Source of the DNA: Candidatus Poseidoniaceae archaeon
GTDB taxonomy: Archaea > Thermoplasmatota > Poseidoniia > Poseidoniales > Poseidoniaceae
DNA: 64,000 bases
Reading direction: 5' to 3'
Assembly (NCBI GenBank): GCA_965662895.1
Contig: CBFIJH010000004.1
Location: forward strand, 98,073 to 162,072
Positions 1-10,083 of this stretch are shown here, piece after piece. The translations under genes and the position numbers were made by a program. The notes beneath the pieces are model-generated. The model had not been told where the DNA came from. It worked only from the letters and a program-made list of their open reading frames with translations, and did no database searches. The first letter of the stretch is position 1. Every line of letters starts with the position of its first letter.

Positions 1-393
1 GGCTTCATTGGTGATGCTTGGTTAACTGTCTCATATTGTCACTCTCCTGGCGTCGAAGCGCACTTCGGTGGAAATTACACGATTTCAAAAGCCGTTGAAA
101 TCGACTATGCTTCCTTCCATCAAATCGAATACGCAGCGAAAATTAACGGTGGGGGATCAAGCCCAGCCGTTGATGCCTTCATCGAGTATCTTCTAAGCGA
201 AGAAGTCAACAAAAATATGCCGTTGAACAATTACATGTATTCGGTTCTTGATGGCGAGGACATGCCTCTAGCAAATGGTTTCCGTCACCACAGCCCAATA
301 CCGTCCTCTCCCGCAGAGATTACCTCTGAACGCATTGATGCAGAAATGGAAACGTGGTTGAAGGATTGGCGCGAAGCGACACAAGCTCTCTGA
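1..393 (+). CDS. thiB: Thiamine ABC transporter substrate-binding protein, C-terminal part (runs off window start)
   Basis: Frame 1 open from base 1 to TGA at 391-393: VSYCHSP, FHQIEYAAKI, FIEYLLSEEVN..MPLNNYMY, C-terminal WLKDW, as in ThiB/TbpA. Directly upstream of thiP/thiQ-like genes. Confidence 0.75.
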   Translation, partial: GFIGDAWLTVSYCHSPGVEAHFGGNYTISKAVEIDYASFHQIEYAAKINGGGSSPAVDAFIEYLLSEEVNKNMPLNNYMYSVLDGEDMPLANGFRHHSPIPSSPAEITSERIDAEMETWLKDWREATQAL

Positions 394-403
394 GTTGTCT
401 GGC

Positions 404-2131
404 ATGACCAAGAGCATAGGGAAGTATCTCCCTGTTTTCATCTATCTTGCGATGATACTCGTACCACTGTTGTTCGCAGTCGATCGACTAATCTACGTCA
501 CTGGAACCAATCCCTTCGAAGCGATGTTTCTCATTGGCAAGCACCCATTCGGTTCGCAGGCCATACAATTCACAATTTTACAAGCAACATTCTCTGCCAT
601 CCTCACCTTGACAATTGGTCTTCCAATTGCATGGTGCCTTGGACGGTACAATTGGAAGCGTATTGGGTTGATTCGCGCAGCGTTGACACTACCCTTCGTC
701 ACACCAACAATTGTTGCAGCGATGGGCTTTCTTGCGCTCATCAAACAGGGAGGCCTTCTCGACTCGATTGGGATTGACCTTCGAAATGAAACAGGAATAA
801 TTGGTGCGTTTTCAACGATTACAGGAATCGAAAACTCAGGCCACATTCTTGCTCTCCTGCTTGCACATGCGTGGTTTAATCTTGCACTTGTCATCCGCTT
901 TGTGGAACCAAAGATTTCGACATTACCGCCACGATATGAGGATGCTTTTCGGATGCTACCAATTGGAACGAATCCCCTTCAACGTTTGACCAAGTTTTGG
1001 TGGCCGATGCTCAAAACGTCCATTCTCTCCGCATTTGTGTTTGCATTCATCTTTTCTTTCACATCGTTCGCTTTGGTTCGATGGCTGGCGCCGGACATGT
1101 GGACATTGGAAGCATTGATGGCAACAGAAGGAGGTGCAGCAGGGATACCTGGTTATCGGGTCGATGTGAGTCGGCTTGTTCTCGGTGGTGCAACCCTTCA
1201 AGGGATTGTTTTACTCACTGCGCTTGGCTTGGCTGGAAAGTGGCAACAACAACAAACGTCGGAAATCGATCTTGTATCCGAGAACTATTCACGGAAATAC
1301 ATCGGTAATCCTGGGCTCCTTGCTCGCATCGGCGTTCTCTGTGCAACCGTTTTTGCTCTTACACCTCTCGTCATTATGGTGTTCTCTTCATTCCGGATTC
1401 GTAATCGAACGACAGATTCCTATCGTTGGAGTCTTGAAGCATGGGAACGCGCATTTCGTGGAGATTTCTCCTACACATCCGTACCCGAGGCCCTCTCAAA
1501 TTCACTCGTTTATGCAATCGGGTGTCTTCTCGTATCCTGTTGCATCGGGTTCTTTGTCGCACAAACAATTCATTCCCTTGAACAACAAAAGAAACCAAAA
1601 TTGGCTCAAGTCATCGATGTTCTATCCATGCTTCCTTTGGCACTCTCTGGAGTCATGGTCGGTTTGGGAGTTTTGCTTGGAATCCTCAAGGTTTGGCCTG
1701 CTTTGTTTTCATGGTACGCCCTTCCAATATTGCCCCATGCGATGCTTACAACACCCTTCGTCGTGAGAATTATGCTACCTGCGATGAGAGAAATTGATGC
1801 AAGTTATGAAGAGGTCGGAATGATTTACGGTTATGGCCCTGTTGAGCGTTTTTTCCGAATCAAGATACCTCTGCTCAAACCGCAAATCGTTGTGGCTGCA
1901 GCACTTTCGATGGCATTTTCTTTAGGAGAATTCGGTGCATCTTGGATTCTACTGCGATCGGGCTCATGGGACACATTACCCGTCTTGGTCGACCAACTGA
2001 TGTCAAGACCGAAATATTTCGAGCTCGTTGAGCCAGTTGCGATGGCAACTGCGAGTGTCCTTATGTGCGTCACGTTTCTTCTCTTCGCCATTGCTGAACG
2101 GTTCCGCACCAATCAAGGAGGGGGCTTTTGA
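404..2131 (+). CDS. thiP: Thiamine/iron(III)-type ABC transporter permease (duplicated BPD_transp_1)
   Basis: Many TM segments, LTLPFVTPTIVAA, AHAWFN, two EAA-like loops, SLGEFGA. ATG at 404 preferred over TTG at 395. Confidence 0.8.
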   Translation: MTKSIGKYLPVFIYLAMILVPLLFAVDRLIYVTGTNPFEAMFLIGKHPFGSQAIQFTILQATFSAILTLTIGLPIAWCLGRYNWKRIGLIRAALTLPFVTPTIVAAMGFLALIKQGGLLDSIGIDLRNETGIIGAFSTITGIENSGHILALLLAHAWFNLALVIRFVEPKISTLPPRYEDAFRMLPIGTNPLQRLTKFWWPMLKTSILSAFVFAFIFSFTSFALVRWLAPDMWTLEALMATEGGAAGIPGYRVDVSRLVLGGATLQGIVLLTALGLAGKWQQQQTSEIDLVSENYSRKYIGNPGLLARIGVLCATVFALTPLVIMVFSSFRIRNRTTDSYRWSLEAWERAFRGDFSYTSVPEALSNSLVYAIGCLLVSCCIGFFVAQTIHSLEQQKKPKLAQVIDVLSMLPLALSGVMVGLGVLLGILKVWPALFSWYALPILPHAMLTTPFVVRIMLPAMREIDASYEEVGMIYGYGPVERFFRIKIPLLKPQIVVAAALSMAFSLGEFGASWILLRSGSWDTLPVLVDQLMSRPKYFELVEPVAMATASVLMCVTFLLFAIAERFRTNQGGGF

Positions 2132-2775
2132 TGAGTCTTACCATCCGTGATCTGAGTGTATCGTTTGGTTCACATCAAATTCTGTCCCATGTCAATTTAG
2201 AAATCGAAAGGGATGAAATTGTTGCAATACTTGGACCCAGTGGTTGCGGAAAAACAACCTTGTTGCGAGCAATTGCAGGCTTGCAAGAATTCGAGACAGG
2301 AACAATTCATTTTGATGGGAATCGAATTGATACGATTCCATGTGAAACCCGTGGCGTAGGTATGCTGTTCCAACGACCAGTCCTGTTCCCGTTCAAGGAT
2401 GTCATCGGAAACATTCTCTTTGCATACAAACGGAGGAGCGAATGGAACATGACCGCAGTGCATTCCATCATGGAGGAGTTGGGAATCAAACGTCTCCAGC
2501 ATCAATCAATCGAGACTCTATCCGGTGGAGAAGCTCAACGCGTTGTCTTGGCTCGGGCACTGCTCACAAATCCGAAACTCATGTTGCTGGACGAACCTCT
2601 GTCTGCCCTCGATGTTGAATTGCGTCGTAAGATTGCCCACGAGATACGTTCCATACTCAAATCGAGAGCCATTCCTGCGATACATGTCACGCACGACCCT
2701 GCTGAAGCAGAAATTATTGGGGACAGAGTTCTTCACTGGAAGGACCTACAACCGGGTGGGGACGATGAAGATTAG
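2128..2775 (+). CDS. thiQ: ABC transporter ATP-binding protein (ThiQ-like)
   Basis: Walker A GPSGCGKT, signature LSGGE, Walker B LLDEP, VTHD. Overlaps the permease stop. Confidence 0.8.
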   Translation: MMSLTIRDLSVSFGSHQILSHVNLEIERDEIVAILGPSGCGKTTLLRAIAGLQEFETGTIHFDGNRIDTIPCETRGVGMLFQRPVLFPFKDVIGNILFAYKRRSEWNMTAVHSIMEELGIKRLQHQSIETLSGGEAQRVVLARALLTNPKLMLLDEPLSALDVELRRKIAHEIRSILKSRAIPAIHVTHDPAEAEIIGDRVLHWKDLQPGGDDED

Positions 2776-3517
2776 ACTGTTTGGTGAGCGCCCCTGGAAG
2801 TTGTGGAAACTCGCCTGGGAAAAAAGACACAACAAAGTGGCCTTCACCTCATCCATTGGTGGCTTTCTGTTGGTGCTCATTGGACTTCCATACATTGCAA
2901 TCAACCATGTTTCAGGTACACTGGCTCGGTCGGCTTTCAACCCAGAGATTCCTCTTGATCAATCGATTCCATACGTCCCTGTTCTAAATTTAGCATATGT
3001 TTCGTTCTATGTTTACTATGTCGTAATCCCATTAATGGCTCAAACTGAGATGGAACGCAAATGTGCGATTGTCTTTTCACAGCGACTTTTCATCATAACG
3101 CTCCCGGTTTTCCTCATGTTCCTTTTGTTGCCTGTCGAAGTTGATCTTCGAAGTCAGGTGGAAGGTGACGATGTCTTTACTTCAATACTGTTGATTTTGC
3201 ATGGCGTTGACCAACCCTACAATGCTTGGCCCAGTCTTCATATTGCACACAGTTTGTGTGTCGTTTTAGCAACACCTCTTGTGTTCAAACTACGGCGAAC
3301 TCCTGTCATTTGTCTTTGGATTGCATGGCTATTGCTCACAATATCAACGATGACATCGCAACAACACTACATCTTTGATGTTGGAACGGGCGCAATTTAC
3401 GGCCTAATTGCACATTTTGGTTTCATTAAACCAACCATCATGCGCTGCAAATCCAAGGAACTGGATGATGCCTTTGAGCAATTTCAGGCAAACAGTGTTG
3501 AGACAACCTCAGGTTGA
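2765..3517 (+). CDS. PAP2-superfamily membrane phosphatase/phosphotransferase (PAP2_3-like)
   Basis: NAWPSLH and QHYIFDVGTG motifs, about 6 TMs. Start taken at MKIRLF (2765), not 2525. Confidence 0.7.
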   Translation: MKIRLFGERPWKLWKLAWEKRHNKVAFTSSIGGFLLVLIGLPYIAINHVSGTLARSAFNPEIPLDQSIPYVPVLNLAYVSFYVYYVVIPLMAQTEMERKCAIVFSQRLFIITLPVFLMFLLLPVEVDLRSQVEGDDVFTSILLILHGVDQPYNAWPSLHIAHSLCVVLATPLVFKLRRTPVICLWIAWLLLTISTMTSQQHYIFDVGTGAIYGLIAHFGFIKPTIMRCKSKELDDAFEQFQANSVETTSG

Positions 3518-4947
3518 GTCAGGTAGATAGTCAAACCCACACCAGCCATAATCATCATCCACGAACCAACCATCTTGATCATTCCAGTCATTCGTCGCAG
3601 GAAATTGATCATCACCTGACGACCAAGGCCAACAAGAACGGTTACCAGAATCATGAGAATGAGCAAACCAAGCATCAAACCTGACAAACCGGAGAGCGTG
3701 GCGCTTGTACCGAGTGTACCGAGGAAGATGACGAAGGGCAACACAGCAGCTGCAGTGCAATCAATTGATGCGGCAGCATACCCAATACCGTAGAGATACA
3801 TGTTTCGTCGTGGCGTGAAGGTTTCGTCCATTTCCGTTGTCGACCAACGATCGACCAGTTTTTGGACGAAGCCAAGGACGTGAGAGGTAATCCCGAGAAG
3901 CATAATCGAACCGAGTATAATCAAAAGGACTGCAATCCCAATCGCGATGTAATGAATCATACCGGATTGAGCAAAGGCCTCACCCATGGCGAAGGCGATA
4001 ATTCCGATGACGATGAAGAACGTCCACATTCCCAACCCTGCAAGCGTTCCAATCACCCAAGAAGAAGGCATGGGCGTCTTTAATTTCCCTTCCTCGATCA
4101 AATCGTCCTCTCGTGCTCCTAGGCTGAGATAGTACGAGATGAAACCTGGCAAAACAGGGAAGGCACAAGGAGAAAAGTACACCAGAATAGAGAGAATCAT
4201 TCCAAGAACAAAAACTGCAACGAACGATGTTGACGGTTCTTCCCATGCAATCCGATCATCCATAGTTAGGGAGACATTCCCCGAGAGGGCCTTCTCAACC
4301 GAGGAATCGAACTCATCCCAACCGCCGATTGGCGTCCCAGTTGCTTGACGTTCAATGATGTAACCTTCAACATCAATGACCATGACAACGGGTATTTGGC
4401 CAGTTCCAGCAGTTGTGAACAGTTTCACAGGATCGGTCGTCGAACCATCTTCAAGTACCGCAGACTCTGTTGAGCCAAGCCCAGTTGGATAGAGTGGAAC
4501 CGTGTATTCACCGCCAGACTCGTTGAGATATTCCAATGACTCCTGATACCAGGCACCATAACCAACAATATGGAAACCGACGCCGTTTTCATCAGCCGTT
4601 TGTTTCCATTCATCCATGTATTCCTCAAGATGAGCTTGAACAGCATGACAGTTTGAACAATCGTGTGCTAACAAATCGAGGATAATGACATCGCCACGTA
4701 GTTCTGATAAGCGAATCTCACCCTCCGCCGTATAGTTCTCTTCGATTCCAGTTCGGTTCAAACTCTGAACAATGATCTCAGGAATCGGAGCAGGTTCAGC
4801 ATCCGACTCAAATATCTCATCCATGCTGTCAAACAAGGACAAGCCAGCAAAAGCAATCACACCGAAGAGAACGACTGCAATACCGAACGCTTTCCACGTT
4901 TCAGAACGCTTGAATACACCCCAGTCGGCCTGATCAAGCATCCCCAT
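3484..4947 (-). CDS. Thioredoxin-fold domain fused to CcdA/DsbD-type transmembrane electron transporter
   Basis: N-terminal TM, DLLAHDCSNC (CxxC), GQIPV cis-Pro loop, then CcdA motifs FSPCAFPVLPG and SIDCTAA with 6 TMs. Confidence 0.8.
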   Translation of the reverse strand: MGMLDQADWGVFKRSETWKAFGIAVVLFGVIAFAGLSLFDSMDEIFESDAEPAPIPEIIVQSLNRTGIEENYTAEGEIRLSELRGDVIILDLLAHDCSNCHAVQAHLEEYMDEWKQTADENGVGFHIVGYGAWYQESLEYLNESGGEYTVPLYPTGLGSTESAVLEDGSTTDPVKLFTTAGTGQIPVVMVIDVEGYIIERQATGTPIGGWDEFDSSVEKALSGNVSLTMDDRIAWEEPSTSFVAVFVLGMILSILVYFSPCAFPVLPGFISYYLSLGAREDDLIEEGKLKTPMPSSWVIGTLAGLGMWTFFIVIGIIAFAMGEAFAQSGMIHYIAIGIAVLLIILGSIMLLGITSHVLGFVQKLVDRWSTTEMDETFTPRRNMYLYGIGYAAASIDCTAAAVLPFVIFLGTLGTSATLSGLSGLMLGLLILMILVTVLVGLGRQVMINFLRRMTGMIKMVGSWMMIMAGVGLTIYLTQPEVVSTLFA

Positions 4948-4977
4948 AACTTCTCCATTCACTGGTTGCAAATGAAA

Positions 4978-6075
4978 CTAATGCTGCTCCATCGATGTTG
5001 CATTGAGATGAACCACAGATACTTCCAAGCGCTCATGCGTTGGATGGACTTCAACCATTTGAACAGGGACTGAAATGACTTCTGCAAGTTCCTCAGCAAC
5101 ACTCAGAGGCATTTCGATTCGGCGAGCAGTTGCATCGTACCGTAGCCAAGAGGAACTGATGTGCAAGGTTTCTTGCAATTCCATCATATCATCGCGAGCA
5201 TCTTCAGGCTCTGTTGGAATCGCACCGAAAAGAATGGTATCGTCTTCTGAAAGCGTTTCATAGGGTCGAAGTGTCGCTTCTGCTCGACGTCGAAATCGAG
5301 CCCTGAGTTGACCAGCATCCTTGTAGGAAGCCGTACAGAATTTGAGATGGAAGGACTTGTCTTTTGCCGCTTCCTTCAGTCGAACACCGAGTTCAAACGA
5401 TCCTTCTGCTGCTGCAGAAAGACCACTCGAGAGATTGAAGCCTCGAACATCCATGTTCTCTTGGTTGCCTGTTGTAATTTCCAATTCGTTCAAATTCAGA
5501 AATTGGACAGGTAGTTGTTCCAATTGTTCGAGCAGTTCGAAGAGCGAATTTTCCTTGTCTGGTTCACATGGGAGTTCGATTCCGACATTGATTCCAGCGT
5601 CACTGGATGCTTTGATGACCTCTTCATACTGCTTTGTAGTTCCATCGAGAAGATGGAAGCGAAGCTCATCCAGACCTGCAGATGCAAGTTTCTCGACCCA
5701 TTCGAGTTTGAATGGAATCGATGTGTAGAGGTGAATGTGGTGTTCTTGTCCGAAGGCTTGCTTTAGTTGCTTAATGGCTTCGACCGATCGTTCTGGATCA
5801 AGCATCGGGTCTCCTCCAGTGATACCTGTTCCCGTAGCCTTCATGGCATGGCCTTCTTCGATGACTTCGTCCCACGTGCTGCACCTTCGCTCGTTGGCGA
5901 ACATATCGGGAGATTCACGTCGGTTCTCAGAAAGTGGACAGTAGTCGCATCCCCAGTGACACTTGCCAGTCACGAAGAGAACGAGTTTGCGTCCTTCTTG
6001 GCATTGAACGCAACCTTCTGCTTCACCTGCCTCAGGTGGCAGAATTTCCGTATGCATCGGAAGATGGACGACCAT
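4978..6075 (-). CDS. Archaeal radical SAM protein (COG2108-like)
   Basis: GCVQCQEGRKLVLFVTGKCHWGCDYCP (CxxxCxxC), GITGGDP, FLNLNELE. Start moved to 6075. Confidence 0.8.
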   Translation of the reverse strand: MVVHLPMHTEILPPEAGEAEGCVQCQEGRKLVLFVTGKCHWGCDYCPLSENRRESPDMFANERRCSTWDEVIEEGHAMKATGTGITGGDPMLDPERSVEAIKQLKQAFGQEHHIHLYTSIPFKLEWVEKLASAGLDELRFHLLDGTTKQYEEVIKASSDAGINVGIELPCEPDKENSLFELLEQLEQLPVQFLNLNELEITTGNQENMDVRGFNLSSGLSAAAEGSFELGVRLKEAAKDKSFHLKFCTASYKDAGQLRARFRRRAEATLRPYETLSEDDTILFGAIPTEPEDARDDMMELQETLHISSSWLRYDATARRIEMPLSVAEELAEVISVPVQMVEVHPTHERLEVSVVHLNATSMEQH

Positions 6076-6101
6076 GGAAAGAACCCCAGTGTACTCCTTG
6101 T

Positions 6102-6794
6102 TCAATCCGTCGGTGAAAGCACAGCGATTTCGTTCAATAACCATGCGTGGAATCGACGGTCGTTGGTCAGTTCTGGATGAAAGGTGACTGCACACTTTGA
6201 TCCATCACGGACACCCACTACTTCCTCGCCGAGCCGTGCAATAATCTTACAATTGAGACCTTCGGAATCGAAACGTGGTGCACGAATGAAAACGCCCGGG
6301 AATGCGTCGGTTTCATGCGCGTTTTGAACATCACCAACGACCAAAGGAGTGTGTCCAAAGACATCAGGAGTACGCTGGACAGAGACACCGCTCGTTTCCA
6401 AACGTTCCATTTCGACCTCTATGTCTGCCTCGAAGGATTGGCGTTGTCGACCCCATGCATTTCGTGAGATGTTGACGCTGATGTAGGGTTTCCGATTATG
6501 ACTGGGGGAGGCAAGTAGAATGGCTCCTGCACAAGTTCCGAGAACTGGGCGATTTGGATATTGATTCATCCAATTGTAAATGGAGTCAAGAAGACCTTCG
6601 AAACGAGAAGCAATCCGCATTGTTGTCGATTCACCCCCAGGTAGAATCAGACCGTGAATCGAAGCATTGAGATCTTCACCTTTGCGCAATTGGACGACCT
6701 CGACGTCATGTTGCAGTTCATTTGCGATGGAGAGTATGGCCTCTTCATGCTCATATCGAGCACCTTGCAACATCGCAAGACCCACTCGCATCAT
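6102..6794 (-). CDS. pdxT: Pyridoxal 5'-phosphate synthase glutaminase subunit
   Basis: LQG, LPGGESTT, GTCAG (catalytic Cys), RNAWGRQ, VFIRAP, FHPEL. Confidence 0.92.
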   Translation of the reverse strand: MMRVGLAMLQGARYEHEEAILSIANELQHDVEVVQLRKGEDLNASIHGLILPGGESTTMRIASRFEGLLDSIYNWMNQYPNRPVLGTCAGAILLASPSHNRKPYISVNISRNAWGRQRQSFEADIEVEMERLETSGVSVQRTPDVFGHTPLVVGDVQNAHETDAFPGVFIRAPRFDSEGLNCKIIARLGEEVVGVRDGSKCAVTFHPELTNDRRFHAWLLNEIAVLSPTD

Positions 6795-6902
6795 GACTGC
6801 TCCTAAACCTCCATGTCTTTAGCACATAGCATCCATGCAAACGCTCGAATCATGGGAAATCCAGTGTTCGTATTGAAAAACCGTGCGCGTTACCCTTCAC
6901 AC

Positions 6903-8087
6903 ATGGCACACGATGGTGACTGTTTTCTTGTCCCCGGGCCCGTACGAATGAGTCATGCTTGCTTACAGGCCATGGCGACACCTGTCATGACTGCACGGGG
7001 TACAGAATTTCGCGATGTGATGGCAGACCTCAATGCTGGTTTGCGGTCGGCCTTCAATCTCTCTCCTTCATCGCGACAACGGGGAACTGAATCGTGGTCT
7101 GGGGATGATGGCTACAAGGTCATCGCCGTTTCAGGGAGTGGAACAGCGGCAATGGAGATGGTAATCGCAAACAGATTCAGACCGAACGACCGGGTTCTTG
7201 TTCCAACGAACGGAAAATTTGGTGAGCGTGTCGCCCACATTTGCAAACAGTATTGTCAAGTCAAACACATCCAGTACGATTGGGGACGCAGTTTTGACGT
7301 CATGGAACTTGAGGAACAACTTGGTCGTGGTACCTTCGAAGCCCTCCTTATTTGCCACAATGAAACAAGTTCAGGAATTACCCAGGATGCTGAAGCACTC
7401 GCACAACTTTGCGATGAGCATGGTGTTGCGTTTATTCTCGATGGAATTACATCAGTCGGAGGCATGCCGGTACACCCTGAACAATGGGGTGCTGAAGCCG
7501 TTGTTATGGGAGCACAGAAGTGCACATCTGGACCGAGTGGAATCGCTGCAATCGCAATCAATGAGCATTTTATTGAACGCGTTCACACCATTCGACAACA
7601 AGGTGATTCAAACCCTGTGTACTATCTCGATTTGATACCAGCCCTCAAGAAAGGAAGCGACGATCAAACACCTTGGACGCCCGCCATCAACTTAGCCATG
7701 GGATGGGCTGCAGCACTTCGTGAACTCGAAGATGAAGGACTTGAGAATCGATGGGAGCGATGCAAAACGCTTGCAAGTGGCGTTCGTCGTTTGTTCGCCG
7801 ATCTTGGATTCATGCTGCTCGCTGATGCGGGTCAACAAAGCGATACAGTGACTGCCATCATGTATCCTGAAGGTATCGACGATTCATGGCGAAGAAAACT
7901 CAAAGACGATTATCACACGCAAGTTATCGGTGCCCAAGACCATCTCAAGGGCAAGATGTTTCGGGTAGGTAGTATGGGTATGACGAGCATCGATGAGATG
8001 ATTGAGGGTTGCAATCGGATGATTGCGTGCTTCAACAAAATGGGACATACACTTCCAAACGTTGATGTTGCATCCTACTTTGCATGA
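6903..8087 (+). CDS. Class V aminotransferase (alanine-glyoxylate/serine-pyruvate type)
   Basis: LVPGP, SGSGT, NGKFGER, HNETSSG, DGITS, GAQK (PLP Lys), QTPWTP, FRVGSMG. Confidence 0.85.
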   Translation: MAHDGDCFLVPGPVRMSHACLQAMATPVMTARGTEFRDVMADLNAGLRSAFNLSPSSRQRGTESWSGDDGYKVIAVSGSGTAAMEMVIANRFRPNDRVLVPTNGKFGERVAHICKQYCQVKHIQYDWGRSFDVMELEEQLGRGTFEALLICHNETSSGITQDAEALAQLCDEHGVAFILDGITSVGGMPVHPEQWGAEAVVMGAQKCTSGPSGIAAIAINEHFIERVHTIRQQGDSNPVYYLDLIPALKKGSDDQTPWTPAINLAMGWAAALRELEDEGLENRWERCKTLASGVRRLFADLGFMLLADAGQQSDTVTAIMYPEGIDDSWRRKLKDDYHTQVIGAQDHLKGKMFRVGSMGMTSIDEMIEGCNRMIACFNKMGHTLPNVDVASYFA

Positions 8088-8090
8088 TAC

Positions 8091-8639
8091 ATGGGCAAAG
8101 GAATCGTATTGGGGCGGTTCCAGCCTTTCCACAACGGTCATGCATTTTTGGTTGAACAAGCCCTTGCACGATTCGAACTCGTTACGATCGCCATTGGCTC
8201 TGCTCAAGAAGAATGGACGGTGGATAACCCATTTTCGTTTGAAGAACGAAGAGACATGATTCAAAAATGGGCTGACGGAAATGGGCACAAGGAGAAACTC
8301 GATATCGTTGGAATTGAAGATATCAATGACCCACCAAACTGGGTTCAGCATGCATCGAACCATCACGGTGAGGGAACACTCGTAACGTCCGATGAAAGAA
8401 CCAAGACACTCTATGAGGAGGCGAATTTTGAAGTCAGTTGGGTTGATCTTCATGAGCGTCAGCAGTTCGAAGGTTGGCGTATTCGCCAGACCTGCATGAT
8501 GCTTTCAACAGTCTACGATGACGAGGCTACGAGGATGGTTTTGGCTCCGAGTGTTCCTGTACCTGTCATCGAGTGGCTCATTGAACACGATGCTCTGTAC
8601 CGATTTTCGCAAATCAACACAAGCCCGCATGCCGGCTAA
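8091..8639 (+). CDS. nadM: Nicotinamide-nucleotide adenylyltransferase (archaeal NadM type)
   Basis: GRFQPFHNGH (HxGH), IGSAQE, NPFSFEER, WVQH. Confidence 0.85.
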   Translation: MGKGIVLGRFQPFHNGHAFLVEQALARFELVTIAIGSAQEEWTVDNPFSFEERRDMIQKWADGNGHKEKLDIVGIEDINDPPNWVQHASNHHGEGTLVTSDERTKTLYEEANFEVSWVDLHERQQFEGWRIRQTCMMLSTVYDDEATRMVLAPSVPVPVIEWLIEHDALYRFSQINTSPHAG

Positions 8640-9209
8640 TCACTCGGTTGCAACGACAACACGAGCGGCTCGAAGGAGCCGTTCTTTGTACATGTAGCCA
8701 GGTTCGAGAACATCGATGACTTGACCTGCAGGAAATTGTTCTGAAGCAGGTAATGTGGTAATCGCTTCCATGGTCGCTGGATTGAATTCATGGCCTTTCG
8801 CTTCGATGAGTTTTATTCCATCAGCTTCGAGTTCTCGCCACAATTTGTTTCGCAACAATCGAAGGCCCTGAGCAACTGGTGATTCATCATCATCTTCGAC
8901 TTGAGCCAAAGCACGGTCAACGTCGTTCAGAATTGGAATCATGCGACGAGCAAGACCCATTCCGCCGTATTGAATGAGCGTTGATTTTTCCGCCATCAGT
9001 CGCTTTCGAACATTTTGAATCTCTGCGTCTTTGTATGCGATTTCTTTCTCAGCCTTTTCTGCCCGCTGAATCGCTTCTTCGAGAGGATCAACAGGTTCGA
9101 CGTGTTCTGACAAATCCATTTGCTCATCGACCTCTTCGAAAGCAGGTGTCTCATCATCGTGGGATTCGGGGACATCATCCAAAGGAACGTCTTCGTTCTC
9201 TTCCGACAT
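8640..9209 (-). CDS. grpE: Nucleotide exchange factor GrpE
   Basis: Acidic N-terminus, AEIQNVRKR, FNPATMEA, GYMYKERLLRAARVVV. Confidence 0.92.
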   Translation of the reverse strand: MSEENEDVPLDDVPESHDDETPAFEEVDEQMDLSEHVEPVDPLEEAIQRAEKAEKEIAYKDAEIQNVRKRLMAEKSTLIQYGGMGLARRMIPILNDVDRALAQVEDDDESPVAQGLRLLRNKLWRELEADGIKLIEAKGHEFNPATMEAITTLPASEQFPAGQVIDVLEPGYMYKERLLRAARVVVATE

Positions 9210-9235
9210 GTTTCCACCGAAACGGATGTGGTCTT

Positions 9236-9850
9236 TCAACCCGACGCTGTTGTTTCATCAGGAAGTTCGTTCGCAAGAACAGTTGAGAGATTCCATGAGA
9301 ACGTGCCCCATTTTCTCGCTTCGAGATGATCTCGACCAATGATAGCTACGAGACTATCCTCGCTGTTCCAACGCTTCATGGTGTGAACAAGGGCCTTTGC
9401 TGCTCTGTCGTGAGCTTCGAAGGTTGGAACGATTCTTGGATCTTCTTTCTCATCCATCGTCTCACCCAACTCTTTACGGCGCTCCATCCAATCCAAACAA
9501 ACGCGTTCTGCGTATTCTTGCTCTGGAATGTTCCAAAGTGCTCGGCAGACTCCATCCCACGTTTCACCGCCGTAGAGTTCGTCTTCACCTTCAATCGTTT
9601 TTGAAAGCGCTACGTCGAGGTACATGTAAGCTCGTCCTTCCCATGCTTCCCAAGCGCCAGGACTCGCCCATTTCATGGCGAGAAGAAGACCCTTTTCACC
9701 ATCTCCTGAATCACGTAAGCACGCCCAAAAGGCCGTAGTGTCAGATGAATTGCGTTGTTGTGTATCCATCCAATCGAGCAATTCTGCCTCAGCATCAATG
9801 TCAAAATTGACCTTCAGCCGTGAATCCTGTTCCGGCCGAATCGATCGCAT
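9236..9850 (-). CDS. Hypothetical Trp/acid-rich protein
   Basis: Long ORF co-oriented with grpE, composition typical of this genome. Start taken at MRSIRP (9850). No family recognised. Confidence 0.6.
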   Translation of the reverse strand: MRSIRPEQDSRLKVNFDIDAEAELLDWMDTQQRNSSDTTAFWACLRDSGDGEKGLLLAMKWASPGAWEAWEGRAYMYLDVALSKTIEGEDELYGGETWDGVCRALWNIPEQEYAERVCLDWMERRKELGETMDEKEDPRIVPTFEAHDRAAKALVHTMKRWNSEDSLVAIIGRDHLEARKWGTFSWNLSTVLANELPDETTASG

Positions 9851-10083
9851 GGTGCGCTTATCAAGACCAGAGTAAACATCACACCACGGTGTCGAGACAA
9901 GTTTGTGCAAGCTTGGGACATCAACGAGAAGAACAACGATTTCCAGTCCCATATGAGAACCGAAGACCGGCTCTTCTTTGAGGCATTCGGCAGCATCAAA
10001 AAACAAAAGAATAGAAAATTTCTGTTTGAACAGGCAACAGGATTGAAGAACAGGGCCTGTTCCAAAAGGACAGGGGGGTTCGT

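Noticed and set aside
2525-2764. Long in-frame extension of the PAP2 ORF overlapping thiQ, suggesting a frameshift or overprinting
   Set aside because: thiQ is complete in its own frame, the extension has no protein-like features, and the ATG at 2765 gives a normal short overlap.
6102-9209. pdxT without pdxS and grpE without dnaK/dnaJ as signs of novel function
   Set aside because: The partner genes are commonly elsewhere in archaeal genomes, so absence from one window is uninformative.
10059-10079. GTTCCAAAAGGACAGGGGGG resembling an archaeal ORB origin element
   Set aside because: Single copy, lacks the GAAAC core and correct spacing, and there is no adjacent orc1/cdc6 gene.
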